In this document: one piece after another, positions 11,346 to 24,022 of the stretch
How the letters are laid out: each line of letters starts with the position of its first letter
Position numbering within the stretch: the first letter of the stretch is position 1
NCBI GenBank assembly: GCA_002269645.1
Contig: NIVC01001753.1
Span: 177,808-241,807, forward strand
Length of the DNA stretch: 64,000 nt
Direction: 5' to 3'
Source of the DNA: Macrostomum lignano
Lineage: Eukaryota
Program-made: the position numbers and the translations under genes
The notes under the pieces: generated by a model
The model's input: the letters and a program-made list of their open reading frames with translations, nothing else
Database searches by the model: none
Told to the model about the DNA's origin: nothing

Positions 11346-12206
11346 CCAATCGTCTCGTCTAGCCGCTGAGGATGATGGTGCAGCCAAGATGATGCCGCCG
11401 CCGCCGCCGCCGCCGCCTCCTGCGATTCCGATGCAGAGTGATGCGCAGAAAGTGCAAGAATGAAAAGAAGTGAAATGTAACCGACGAGCATGCAGGAGGG
11501 TTTTAGGTGCGGCTGCGACTGATGTGGACAACAAGTTTAGCATTAGAGTCGACGAGAATCGGTTCAATTTACTATGGAATGTCGACCTAGATGCGGACGA
11601 GGAGGAGCCAACTCTTTCTGTGTGTAGCGGCAATGATTCAACCAGCAAGGTTTCGTCGAGTGTTTCGCGGCGGAGTCGTCGAAATCGAAGTGTTCCCAGT
11701 TGTCCTACGCGACGTAGCAGTCGTTTAAGCGCGAAAGCGTGCAACAGCAGCAATGCGTCTGTATTGTCGTCAGCAGAAGCATCTGACAGTTGCGCTTCAA
11801 GTGTCGTTCGACGCCGAAAGCGAATTGTCAAGCCTGGCAGTCCAACGCGTCGAAGCGAGCGATTACTAGCCAAGAAAAGGCGCATAGAAGAAGGTGACGC
11901 TTCTTCAGTTGGTAAATCGAATTTAAGCAGCATTGGAGCGGCTGCAGAGTCTGACAAAATGAGCTGCATTGCACGGGAGGAAGAAGTCGAGTTGGCAAGT
12001 GTAGTTTCAGAAGAGAGCAATAATAATCAGCGACCGACAAAGACCAAGACTAGACAAAGACAAGGACAAAATGTTCAATTTGAGAGTCGAAGTTCACCAA
12101 GAAAGATGGCCAGTAACCTACAGATACTGTTTCAGAAGCATCGCCGACAAAGTGCAGGCGTAAACCGGACAGCCTTGAAGAGGGTCGTTCTTCGCCTAGG
12201 AAAAAG

Positions 12207-15169
12207 GTGCACATTGAGCAGCAGCAGCAGCAGCAGCAGCAACGAGTTGAAATTGGGGCTGAAGTGCCGGAAATCGAGCAAGTTAACCCTGAAGAAAATA
12301 ATCCTGATGCTGAACAGCAAGATGCTGGTGATATCAGTTTGCCGCATTGTCTTCGCAATCCATTTACTAAGCAGTACAAAAAGATGCGAGTTGACTTTTT
12401 TCAAGAATGCATTTCGAAGCTGTGTAATTTGAAGCGATGCTTGGTGTGTAAAGAAAAATTTCCCGGCGTTTTCATTAAGCACAATAGTGACGTAGCTTGC
12501 CATCGATGTGTTAGAGATTCTGGAAAGCCAAAACTATTTAGTGACGAAAATAATGCCAATCCAATGTGTGAGCAGCCGGAAGAACTACGCGATTTGTCAG
12601 TGGCAGAGCAAATGCTGATTTCTCCGGTACTGTCTGTTATTGTAGTCTGTCGATTGTTTCGCAAGGCCAGCACGCTTTGAGAGGGCATGGAATCATGTTT
12701 CCGCAGGATCAGACAAGCGTTGTGAGAGAATTGCCGAGACGAACTCTACCTGTGGTGCTGATGTATGACAAAAAGATGCAAAACAATCCTGGCAGTACAG
12801 TTACGGGAGCGATGAACAATCTGCGAGTAAGACGCGACAAGGTGTTGAATGCAATCAGGTATCTGATTAATAATAATCAATATTTTCAACGATTTTCTGT
12901 CGGTATTGATCGCGAAGCGTTGAATTCGTTGCCAGAGAATGGATATGCGCAGCAAATCAAAGAAATGGTTAATGAAATGGACGCTCAAGAAGTCATCAAT
13001 GTTGATCTTGATGCGGCAGAAGAGGAAGCCAGGCAGCGTGATGAAGATGAGCAAAGGCAACAAATGGAAGAAGTTCAGTTGGAAGAGACGACAAGCGCTT
13101 TGTTGAATACGCCATTGCGTCGTTTGGAAGTAAAGATTCGCGATCGTTTGCTAGAAGAGAAATTGCAATGGCCAAGATCGAGCCGAGTACCGGTGAATGA
13201 ATTCGAACAAGAAGGCTTGTTTAGTCTGGCCTATCCTCACCTATTTCCTGACGGCAAAGGCGACTACAAGACTCCGCGAGTGCGTTCGATAGGCCTGGGC
13301 GACTATGCGAAGCACCTGATGCAGTTTCACTGCTCGAGATTTCGTTGCGATCCTCGCTTTCGCTTTTTCATTGAGAACATGGTGATGCGATGGAGAGCAT
13401 TAGAAGTTGGACGAGTATTTGTGCACGACAAGAATTTGGCTGGCTTAAGTGCGCCAGAGATGCTGGAGAAGCTGAAAGATCCAGCAGTGATGTCCAGCGT
13501 GTCAGCCAGAGCGTCAGAGTTGCGTGGAACAGCCAGCTATTGGCAAAGCAAGCGTAGACAGTTGGAAGCAATGATTAAAACAATTGGTTTGCCGCACTAT
13601 TTTGTGACCTTATCCGCGGCGGATATTCAGTGGCCAGAGTTGTTGCAAGTTTGGCAAATCGAAGAAGACGTCGACAATGATAATTGGCAAGAAATCCGAG
13701 ACGAGTTGCTTTCTAGACTGCAAAAGGATCCTGGCATGGCGGATACTGTGTTTTGGATTCGTTTTGAATTGTTTTTGCAAAATTTTTTTGTTGAACACTG
13801 GAAAGTAAAGGACTTTTGGCTTCGTATCGAGTATCAGAGTCGAGGAAGCCCGCATGTTCATGGCTGCGTTTGGATGCCGGACGGAGTGGATGTGACTTCG
13901 GAATCCTTGCAAGCAGAAGATTTGGTTGCCTTTGTGGACAAGTACATTTGCAGTTGGAACACGTGCATGGACGAATCAGATAGCGGTCGCGAAATTTCGT
14001 CCGGCGGAGTAGGAGCGCAGCCGGCTCGATTGAAGCCGTCCGAAATTAAGGACGATAAAGCCGATTTGCAAGCACTTCTTCACAACAACATGAGGCACTT
14101 AAGGTGCAGTAATCGGTGCCTACGAAAGGAAAAGAACGGCTCTATGAAGTGTCGATACAAATATCCGCGAGATTTGCAGACAAAGACTGTCGCCAAAAAG
14201 CTGTCGAGTTTAAACTGGAAGGTTGAGACGCAGCGCAACGACCAATATATTGGCATGTACAATCCTCAAGTACTGTGCATGTGGAGAGCTAACGTAGACA
14301 TTCAGATGATTTCTTCGGCCAAAGATTTGATTCGCTATTTGATCAAGTATGCAAGCAAAGGAGAGAAGGAATCGGAGCAGTTGCAAGAGTTGAATCGTCG
14401 CTAACTTTCGATGGAACAGCAGCAGCAGCAGCAACAGCAGCCGGAGTCAGTGGACATTGATAATGCAGCAGAAAATGATAATAATCAGCAGCAACAGCAG
14501 CATGACGAGTATAGCCGAACAAATACTGCACGTCGCATTGTTCAGCAGCACTTGATGCAAGTTGGAGCGCACGACTATTCAGCACAAGAGGCTATGCATC
14601 TGGTATTACAGACACCGATGTACAAGGCGTCGCGAGAGTTTGTCTACGTTCAAACTGGCGAGACTAGAGCGATTGAGAGTCGAGGCGTTTGCAAGAATAG
14701 TATTGAAAAGTACGCAAATCGGCCGGCACAATTGGAGAATGAGACAGTGTATCGATTCTTTTCGGACTATATTCCCCCGATGCGTCAACAAAGACACGGT
14801 GGTAAACAAGTTGCCGTCTACAAGAAGCGACTAGCGGGCAAGGAAGCAGTTTTGATTATGAGTCCGTTTTTGCGCTCAACAGAAAGCGACGATAAACGGC
14901 GCGAACAATACTATCGGCAGCAGGTACTACTGTGGAGCTGTTGGCGAACCGAAGAGCAAGCAAAGGGATCGCATGCAAGCTGGCGCGAGGCCTACGAGGC
15001 GATGATGCAAACGGAAGCGTGTCAGCTGGTTGTGCGCGATTTGGACGACCTGCGCAACGATGAAGCCGACGAGGAACGCGAAGCAGTCGCCGATTTGCCA
15101 GACATGACTGCCGCGAATGCCGAATCAGTTGCAGGTCCAGCTTATCCGGAGCGTCAGCAAGAGGATTGA
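12207..15169 (+). pseudogene. Helitron Rep (HUH endonuclease) region with N-terminal Cys cluster
   Basis: CLVC...CHRC...LFSDENN...EQMLIS, then a frameshift at ~12660 into RGHGIMFPQD. Further motifs: AYPHLFPDG, FVTLSAADIQWPEL, IEYQSRGSPHVHG, RYLIKYASKGE. In-frame TAA at 14402-14404, then YSAQEA. Confidence 0.92.
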
Positions 15170-17003
15170 TTGGATGGCAGCACTGGGTGCAAAGCATGCG
15201 GACATTCAGCTGAATGTCAACAAGAATCCGGAAGATACTCTGCCAGTTGCGTCAGAAGGTTTCGATTGGAGTGCTGCTTCAGATTGGCAATTTCCGAGTC
15301 TGGCAGAGGCGAAGCAGTTTTTAATGACCGAATTGACTAAGCCTGTTAGACGTGTAGCTGGAATTACCACCGAAGATGGTGCAGGCGCTAATCGTCAAAC
15401 GATTGACGTTTCACTGCTGAATGAGAGACAGCGGAAGCTCTACGACATGATTGACATGATTGACATGATTGACAATCAATTGAAGCTTGAACGGCTGGCC
15501 GAAAGTGACACTACTAACAATACTACTGAGTCGGGAAAGATGCCTCCACCACTGCGAGTAATTTTGTATGGCAGCGCTGGAACAGGCAAGAGTTTTCTGA
15601 TTGCTGCACTACGAAAATTGATTGGTGAGGACAAGTGCAAAGTAATGGCACCGACTGGTGTGGCTGCGTTCAACATTGCTGGCGAGACACTGCATTCAGC
15701 TTTGAAGTTAAACGTAAAGTTTTCGACTACGGCGTGTACTACTAATGCTGACGGTTCAACGACTTCGGGCAGCAGCAAGGCATTGTCAGACATGCAATCG
15801 GTATGGTCAAATGTGCGCTACATAATCATTGACGAGTTTAGCATGGTTGGCCAAAGGACACTGGCAAAGGTGCACAACCGGCTGTGCGAACTGTTTCCTG
15901 AGGAGAAGCGAGACACGCTTGAAGAAGGATATTTCGGCGGACGGTCAATTATTTTGATGGGCGATGTGTTTCAGCTGCCTCCCGTGCAAGACAAACAGCT
16001 GTATGTGTTTAACAAGAATGCTAAAGATAATTTGACACCGATTGGCTATCAAGTGTGCCAGAGTTTCAAAACGGTTGTTTATCTAAACAAGCAGGTGCGT
16101 CAAGCAAATGACACAGAGTTTGCCAGCATTCTAGAGTCTCTTCGCGAAGGCAAAGTAACCGAAGCCATTTGGAAGACTGTAATGGACAAGTGTCAAGTAG
16201 CAGCTGCAGACATGCTACCGCTAGATGTTGATGGCAAATGCACGCTATTGTACCACACAAATGAAGATGTGTCTAATGCAAACTGTGAGGAGCTGCGAAA
16301 AATTGTCGATGATAACAATCCGGTGCGGATAATCAATGCAACTTGTACTGGAAGGCAACCGCTGACTGGCAGCAATGCTGATAATAGCAAGCAGAAATCG
16401 GAGACAGGCCTGGCCAGGCGACTATTTCTGGCGATTGGAGCACGCGTGATGTTGACTCGGAATCTATCCGTGCAAAATGGCCTGGTGAATGGCTCGGTTG
16501 GAACGGTTCGTGGCATCTGCTATGCGAATGGAAAGAAGCCGCCAAACGATTTGCCTGACTGCATTTGGGTTGAATTCGAGCGCTACAATGGCCCGGCAAT
16601 GCAAGCCATGCGGCTGACCAGAGGAGATGGTAGTAGCAGCAGCAGCAGCAGCAGCGAGTGTGCGTCATCAGTTTCTGTTGTGCCAATTCTGCCAGTGTCG
16701 AGCCAGTGGCTTCAGCGAGGCGCCAGCTTGTCGAGACAGCAGTTTCCGCTGAGGCTAGCCTGGGCAATCACTATTCACAAGTCGCAAGGCCTAACGATTG
16801 ACAAGGCGTTTGTACAGCTGGGTAAGGGCCGCAAGTCGCCGCCAGCAGGTCTGTACTACACTGCCGTGAGTAGAGTTCGTGCCTTGTCTGATCTGTTTGT
16901 TACCTGTTGCGATTTCGTTAGATTTCAGCGCCTATTTTCTACAGGTGGTATTCTGGCACAGGTAAATGAGCAAAAGCGTTTATTAGCTTTGTGCGAGAAA
17001 TGA
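15165..17003 (+). CDS. Pif1-family (SF1B) helicase of the Helitron, joined to Rep across a frameshift at ~15165
   Basis: GSAGTGKS (Walker A), APTGVAAFNIAGETLHS, IIIDEFSMVG, MGDVFQLPPV, QFPLRLAWAITIHKSQGLT, YTAVSRV. No C-terminal AP-endonuclease follows. Confidence 0.95.
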   Translation: MDWMAALGAKHADIQLNVNKNPEDTLPVASEGFDWSAASDWQFPSLAEAKQFLMTELTKPVRRVAGITTEDGAGANRQTIDVSLLNERQRKLYDMIDMIDMIDNQLKLERLAESDTTNNTTESGKMPPPLRVILYGSAGTGKSFLIAALRKLIGEDKCKVMAPTGVAAFNIAGETLHSALKLNVKFSTTACTTNADGSTTSGSSKALSDMQSVWSNVRYIIIDEFSMVGQRTLAKVHNRLCELFPEEKRDTLEEGYFGGRSIILMGDVFQLPPVQDKQLYVFNKNAKDNLTPIGYQVCQSFKTVVYLNKQVRQANDTEFASILESLREGKVTEAIWKTVMDKCQVAAADMLPLDVDGKCTLLYHTNEDVSNANCEELRKIVDDNNPVRIINATCTGRQPLTGSNADNSKQKSETGLARRLFLAIGARVMLTRNLSVQNGLVNGSVGTVRGICYANGKKPPNDLPDCIWVEFERYNGPAMQAMRLTRGDGSSSSSSSSECASSVSVVPILPVSSQWLQRGASLSRQQFPLRLAWAITIHKSQGLTIDKAFVQLGKGRKSPPAGLYYTAVSRVRALSDLFVTCCDFVRFQRLFSTGGILAQVNEQKRLLALCEK

Positions 17004-17279
17004 GCCAGCAGCAATTGGCGTTGTTGATATTATAGTAATGTAGTTATTAGTCACTCGGTATTGAGTGGGTGTTACGCGCAGCGAAAATCTAGCGTTGACG
17101 TTCTACACAGCAGACATGGCAATATTGCGTTTATTTAAATCACTGCTAGAAAGTAGTCGCCTACCATGCAAGGTTAGATTTTTCTGCGCATAATCTTATG
17201 CCTATTGTCAACGCTAGTGCATGGTGGGCCAGGATTTTAGAAATTTATATAAGTCGTTGATAATGGAATTCCATTCCAT

Positions 17280-18160
17280 TGCCTAGCCTCATTAATTATG
17301 AGTGTCAAGGCGGTCTACTGTGCATGTGGTTGCTCTTGTTTAGCACAAATTCTCTTGCATTCTGCAGGCTGTGATAATTTCAGCATTATTCAGCAGACAG
17401 AATAGTTTGTTAAGCATTCGCGCCTTAGAAGGTGGGCAATCGTGAGGTGAAAAGCTTTCCTAGCTGTGATATAGTATACTGTTCGGATGGATAGGTTTAT
17501 GCACAGTAGGCAATGCAGTACTGCGGTATATAGCTTAGGAAAGTTGAAATGTGTGCCAAATGATTAAATAATTGCCTCTGCTCATTAAGTATGGGCAGTA
17601 TGGCGGTCTACTGTGCACTTTGTTCGCCCTTGTGTGACACACCACTATTGCGTTTTGCCTACTGATAATGTGACACTATTCAAACGTTATCCAGTTGCAA
17701 GATGCGTGTCACTCATGCGCCTTAGAAGGTGGGCGTTCGAATTTCATAAAATTGCCGACGATAGTGCACAGTAGACAATGCAGTACTGCGGAGATACGAC
17801 TCTCGATTATTTGCCTAGACTCATTAGGTATGAGTACTATGGCGGCTTGCTATGCACGTGGTTGCATTCGGGTAGCACCTTATTGCGTGCTACTCGTTCG
17901 CCTTAGAAGGTGGGCAATCGATTTATGGTTTAAATACCAGAACTTTAATGTCGGCATTAGTTTGTGCATAGCAGGCACTGCAATATTGCGATGGCCTATG
18001 GCCTAGGTAGGAAACAAATTGCCGTGGCTCATTAGAATGAGTTCATTGGCGGTCTGCTGTGTAGGTGGTTGCACTTGGGCAGCAGCACTGTATACTGTTG
18101 TATTCAGCATGCAGAAAAGTGTGCTGCCCATTCGCCTTAAGCGTGCAATCGTTATTAATC
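17280..18160. repeat. Degenerate tandem repeat (~240-300 bp period) 3' of the helicase
   Basis: CGCCTTAGAAGGTGGGC recurs at ~17420, 17717 and 17840. CATTA....ATG.....GGCGGTCT.CTGTG recurs at ~17290, 17584, 17823 and 18030. Confidence 0.7.
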
Positions 18161-19305
18161 TATTGGTGAATTGGCTGCGCGTAACATCGCCCGCAAAATG
18201 TGCAGTAAAGGTCCGTCAAAGTGTGAGCGGCATCGTTTGGCATTGCTTTGATATTGCTTTGATATCAACATTGCTGCTCTGTAAGAAATAATAGTTTGCC
18301 TTTCAAAAAAGAAAGCTATTTTACTTATGAATTATTTAAGATGGATAAAACATCCTCTTCTACCGACTAGCTATTCGATGCACGACGCTTTGAGTTTTAG
18401 ACACAGTTTTTATTTAAAAAATATTTTAAATAGCTGCTTTATGAACCAATCTTTGATTTATGATTACAACTGTGTCTAATTAAGGACTTATCACGCAAAG
18501 TTGCCGCCCTGCCTTATCCAGGCATGCAACGTGATCATCTGTTTACTGCAAAGTCGTATCCAATGGCTTCACGAGCCTGCGGGTGTTACGCCGTTCTTTA
18601 GAAGTGAAGAGTCTATAATAATTCTTATGTTCTGCGGAACATGTTAAAACTCTTGTCTCTAAGTTTTGGCAACAGAATTGGAACGACGCAAGTGTAATTA
18701 ATGACTTTTGATTGAATTTTATTACCACTATTCGACTATTCCACTTTGACAATTTAGGTATTGTAAACTACAAGCAACTTAAATAATTTTTCGATTCACT
18801 AATTTAATTAACTAAGTAGACCACATAAACGAATAAAACTTATAATATATTATTCCTTGAAAATTTGTTATGCTAGATTATACTAAGACATAGTTTTACT
18901 AGGCCTCGGTCTTTTGAGATTTTTGTGTGTGAAATGTTTTTTTATACTTTTTTATACGCTTAATATGATGCCAATGTTTGTCAGAATCAGAATTCAGTGA
19001 GTCAGTTCTTCTCCATAATTGTTACAATGCATTTCTTGTGGAAAGGGCTACTTGACCTTTGCAGAAAAGTAGTTTTTATTTTTAGCTTTCATCTTTTTAG
19101 CATTGACCAATCTCCTAGCCACGATAAAATTATCCTCACGAAAAGATTTCTGATCTAATAGTGCAAGTTTGAAGACAATTGGTTCACACATTGTCAAATT
19201 GAGCCAAAATTCGTATAGATAGATACATAGATTGGTAGACAGTTTTATTTTTAGTATAACTGAATGATGATGACTAGTCATTTGGTTTGTATTTTCTGCT
19301 TTCAG

Positions 19306-20392
19306 ATGTCGCAATTTTATTTTTATATTGGTGGTGTCGGCCATGATGACGGTCGCGTCGGTGGCGGCCATGGCGACGGTGGCGGCGGCGGTGGCCCTGG
19401 CGGCGGTGGCGGCGGCGGTGGCCCCGGTGGCGGCGGTGGCCCCCGCGGCGGTGGCTCTGGCGGCGGTGGCCCCGCGGCGGTGGCTCTGGCGGCGGTGGCC
19501 CCCGGGGCGGTGGCGGCGGTGGCCCCGCGGCGGTGGCGGCGGTGGCTCCCGCAGCGGTGACCCCCGCAACGGTGGCCCTGGCGGCGGTGGCCCTGGCGGC
19601 GGTGGCCCTGGCGGCGGTGGCCCTGGCGGCGGTGGCGCCCGGGGCGGTGGCGGCCGTGGCGGCTTTGGCGGCGGTGGCGGTGACAGGAGGCGAAGTTATC
19701 GTGAGTAAAGCTTACACTAAATTTTCAATTTTAGCAGTCTAAAAACAAAAAATTGTTAAAATTATTGCATTTTTACATCATCTTAGTTAACGTAAGCAAC
19801 CTTTTTCCAATTTTAAATTTGTAGGATGTTATCGATGTAAAGTTCTCGGGCACCTTGCCCGAGAATGTAGAGTAATACGACGCAAGGTAAGTTCATGTGC
19901 AAATGTATTTGTTTACTCTCATCACAATATACTAAATCTCTAAGATCTGTCTTTCTGTCTGTCTTTAATGTCTAAATCCTTTAAAGACGTTATAGCTGCA
20001 AAAGCTTGTGTTTGAATTTTAAGCACACAAAATTTGTGACTAACTGAAACTGAGAATAAAAATTGATATTTAATTTAATTTAGGCCCTTGCTACAGCTGC
20101 TCCTGCTGCAGCTGCTACTGCTGCAGCAAATAGTGCGCCGACTGCTCGTGCGGCAGCTACTCCAGCTGCGACTGCTGCCGTCCCGACTCCTGCCGTCCCG
20201 ACTACTGCCGTCCCGACTCCTGCCGTCCCGACTACTGCCGTCCCGACTGCTCCTGCCGTCCCGACTGCTGCTGCTGCTGCTGCTTCTAATGTGACTGGGA
20301 CTGGGGCTGGGGCTGGGGCTGGGGCTGGGGCTGGGGCTGGGGCAGGGGCTGGGGTTGGGGTTGGGGCTGGGGGTAGGTGCGTTGTACAATAG
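19306..20392 (+). CDS. Three-exon Gly-rich / CCHC zinc-knuckle / Ala-Pro-Thr-rich protein (exons 19306-19699, 19825-19886, 20084-20392)
   Basis: GT-AG junctions are phase-compatible and give GGPGGG..RGGFGGGGGDRRRSYR-CYRCKVLGHLAREC-RVIRRK-ALATAAPAAA..AVPT..GAGAG*. Exon 1 needs two single-C insertions in C runs (~19471, ~19523). Confidence 0.7.
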
Positions 20393-20690
20393 GAAGTGTT
20401 GGGCACTATATTGAAAATATTGAATTCCGTTATGACGCCAAAAGTATTAACGCAAATTAGTTAATTCTTTATAAACACTTAAAACGGCAAGTCGGTAGTG
20501 TTAATGAAAAGTCTTTGCCCTTATTAAGGCGTATCAACGGATTACTGCCTATTATAAGACTACAGTGCGCAACACTGCCTATATGCACGGGACAATAGGG
20601 TAGGGAACCTTTATTGATCAAATTAGTTTTTTTGTTATCGCTGTCAGGCCTTTGTGTTTTACACTTTCCTAACTATATTAAATAGTGCTT

Positions 20691-21023
20691 ATGCATTTCC
20701 TGGTCACCTTTTTCTGTGGCGGGTCGGTCTGGCCAGCATGGCTGTCCCGCCTTATCCTCCTCGTCGGCGACGTCGAGTGCAACCCAGGCCCGCAGACTTG
20801 GCTTTCTTCTGTGTGCGGGATGGTCATCGCTAAAAATTGCAGCTCCGTCCAGTGCACCGTCTGCAACGGCTGGTTGCACTGTTGTGTCAGAGGCGCAGAA
20901 ACATCGATCTCAAACTGGAATGCCAACTTTATGGGCGCGTGCTGCGGGAGTGGTAACAGCACGGCCAAGTCTCTAGAGCCTCAATCACGGAAACGCCGGC
21001 TCAACCAGCTGTCGCTCCAATGA
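20691..21023 (+). CDS. Short ORF with a 2A-like ribosome-skip motif followed by a PHD-like Cys/His cluster; probable non-LTR retrotransposon 5' remnant
   Basis: LILLVGDVECNPGP (GDVECNPGP at 20766-20792), followed by SVCGM...VQCTVCNGWLHCC. No APE or RT lies downstream. Confidence 0.65.
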   Translation: MHFLVTFFCGGSVWPAWLSRLILLVGDVECNPGPQTWLSSVCGMVIAKNCSSVQCTVCNGWLHCCVRGAETSISNWNANFMGACCGSGNSTAKSLEPQSRKRRLNQLSLQ

Positions 21024-22354
21024 CAAATCCGAGGACACCACCGTTTTGGGTAGCTCCCACAGCCAAATTCGCTCAAAGCCGAGTTGAGAGATGGGAGATG
21101 ATTGATAAGAAAGTGCAACGCCATGGCAACCAAACACTGGGAGTATTTAAATAATGAATACTATAACTGCAAGAAAAAGCTATATAATAAGCCCTAAGCT
21201 AAGCAATTTTATAGTAAAAATGTGGGGTACAATAGGCAAAAGTTAATAAAGATTTAGACTATATCAGTAGCAATAAAATTACTCAAATATGATAAATAGG
21301 CAGTAGCTACAGACTACCAATAAAATAGGCAGTACTTAAGAAATGACACTAACTATTTATTAAATTAAAAGCCTGCGTTTACTACAACTACGTCTACAAC
21401 TACAAATAGAACTGCAAGTAGCAGACAACTAAATTCTAAAAGTAAGTAATATATGCAGAGGGAACGAAGCAGATATCAATAATACAAACAATACAATGAA
21501 AATGTTGATTTTGCAATGCAAATGCGAAATGTATTAGCAAATTATAGATATTTTGGGTATTTCAATGCTTGAAGAAGAAAGGTTAGTTCCTTTTCATTCA
21601 GTCGTTTAATTCGGGATTGCGTCGTGCTTAACTCTTGAATTTGGCAGCCATTTTTCTATCAGTTAAACAAAGTCTACACATAAACTGTTAGAAAATTTTT
21701 ATTTTCTAACATAAAATTTAGGTTCGTATTTGATGTTGAAATATTTATATATATCTATGTTATTGATTTTTACATATTAAATACGTTCCGCAAAATTTCC
21801 TATTTATAAAATGATTAACATTCCTGGGCAATTGTATCTACCCCTCCAAGTTAACTACTGTACAGTATAGTATTATCAGAACGTAAACTAAAACATGGTG
21901 TAAAGTTATCGAGGGTCAATTAGCCAATTGTTGAAAAGTGTCCACTTTGTTGGGTAGTAGGGGTTGTCAAAGGGGTGCTAATTTCCACATGTATACTCAA
22001 TACCATTTCATCAAATCAAAATTCCAAATTAAAGACTCGGCGCCCCCACACCCCCGCTTCTCTCACCCCACCCATCTGAAACACTTCCCAACCCCTAAGC
22101 CCATCTTTGTAGCATGCCAACATTGCTTGCAAGCCTTCTGCAAACATACTGTCCGATATGTATCGTAATATATTTTCTGCACTAACAAATCATCTATGCG
22201 GCCTATGCCGCACTTTCAGCTTTACTCTTATTCTATAGTAAGTTATAAAAGAAAAAGAAGATAAAAGAAATAATATTAAATTCTATTATAACGTAAATGA
22301 TAATTAAAAATATTAAAAATCCGTTGCCGCTAAAAAAATTGAATTAAAAAACTT

Positions 22355-22426
22355 GGCTCTCTTGGGATTCGAACCCGGGTTCATGCCATTACGAAGCAAC
22401 TGACTTTGCCACCGCGCCAGCTCTCG
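22355..22426 (-). ncRNA. Pseudo-tRNA / Pol III A+B box motif
   Basis: Minus strand reads TGGCGCGGTGG (A box)...GGGTTCGAATCCC (B box). Acceptor and anticodon stems pair poorly. Confidence 0.5.
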
Positions 22427-23950
22427 CTTAATCCGATAGTCGACAGGGCACACGTTTTATATCGATTATTCCCTATACTAGCCACTTATACGATTTTTGC
22501 TGCTTTTTCATACATTTCTGCTCACTGCATCGCAACGCTTCTACCTAAAAATGCGAGTCGCATGTCGTTACAGAGACAACATCAAGGCGCATTCATCTAA
22601 TGCATTTTCAAATTATGTCAACAAATTTTACGGCTCCTAGGCGCCAAATTATGCATTTTCACCTGTTCCGACAGGTATTTAAACAGGTATTGAGACCTGT
22701 TAACTTAAGAATCAGTCTTCAAAACTAATTTAGTTGCATAGTACATCCGTAGTGCTGTTTTTAGACACCAAACTTGAGTCTCTAGGCCTTGCCAATGCAG
22801 ATTTATTAGCAAAAGAATGCTCAAAATTTGCCCAAAAATAGCCTACTCAAAATTCGGAGCCAATTTTCTCAAAAAATACGAATTTTCCAGCTATATTGGC
22901 GTATAACCGGTGTAACTTCAGCTATTCGACTAAACAATATTGAAAATGCAGAAAAATCGGTGCGCAAAAATTCTTATTTTTTGACTTCAAAGTTTGTACC
23001 CCCAAATGGGCCGTTTTTCAATTAACAGGTAAAAAGTACATGTTAACAGGGGTTTTTTCAGGAGTGTCTTATGTCATTCAAAAGGGCATCCGATGGGCTA
23101 CAAGTTGACACTACACTCGAAAAAATTCGCCCCATTTTAAAAAAATTTCCTTAACAACGTCTGATTTTCTGCAGAGCCCCCGGCCTCTTTTTTCCCTGGT
23201 TTCCGGGTCACTGCTCAGTACAGGTAGGTCCAATTGCTTAGAAAATTCAGGAAAACAAATTTCCATATGTTTGACACATTTTGTTAAAGTCTCAACACCG
23301 TAGCATAAAACACTTTTTCAAGTTTAAGGACTACTTTTTTAAAACGTGACCCAATTTTTCGAAAACATTTTTAGGCACTTTTCGGCACCTGGGCAAGTTA
23401 TTAATGGCCTAATCGGCCAGATCTCAATGTTTCCAAATAGAGGACAACCAGTTGAGTGATTTGGTGTAGAAAAAATAAAAAATAAACTTTTCCATCTCGA
23501 CGAGATAGGCCACTCAAAAGTGCACAAAAAATTTGTACTTTTAAAGTGCAGATAGACAGCCATGTGAAAAGTACATTTTAGCCCTAAAAAATTTTGCGCA
23601 TTAAACAGCTTCAAGTGTTTTTAAGGCTAGGACGACGCTCAAAGGCCGCGCTATCGCGCGTCCTTTTCGCTGCGGTTAGGCAAAGTTGAAAAAAATGCCA
23701 AATTTTCGACCTCAAAAAACACGTTTTTTGTACTTTTAGCCTAGACGTGAAAGTGCAATCAAAAAATCCATTTCGGATCATTGTAGCGTTCGAATGCCCG
23801 CGTCTGCTGAGCCCGCTCGCTAAGCGCTGCCATATTCTCAATCCCTATTTTTTGAGATCAAAGTTTTTGACAAAGTCGTCGCGTCGCCATGGCAACCAAA
23901 CACTGCGGGTACTTAAATTTCTACGCGTGTACTGTAGGCCTAAATAGTAA

Positions 23951-24022
23951 GCAACTGGTGGCTCAGTGGCAAAGTTAGCTGCCGTATAATTGTGTGCTGT
24001 TGGGTTCGATTCCCAAGTTGTC
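23951..24022 (+). ncRNA. Pseudo-tRNA / Pol III A+B box motif
   Basis: TGGCTCAGTGG (A box)...TTGGGTTCGATTCCCAA (T arm / B box). It is the inverted counterpart of 22355-22426. Confidence 0.5.

Larger units (their letters stand above)
9732..17003 (+). mobile_element. Decayed Helitron-superfamily (Helitron2/proto-Helentron-like) gene: spliced N-terminus, OTU, Zn/DUF6570-like, HUH Rep, Pif1 helicase
   Basis: Phase-compatible GT-AG exons 9732-10059, 10241-10351 and 10846 onward, followed by the OTU, Rep and helicase motifs listed below. Several stops and frameshifts. The element termini were not located. Confidence 0.9.

Noticed and set aside
21119-23905. Short shared motif CGCCATGGCAACCAAACACTG at ~21119 and ~23885
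   Set aside because: A single ~21-bp match with no extended homology; could not be tied to an LTR, TSD or terminus.
22355-24022. Functional tRNA genes
   Set aside because: A and B boxes are present but the acceptor and anticodon stems do not pair properly; recorded as pseudo-tRNA motifs.
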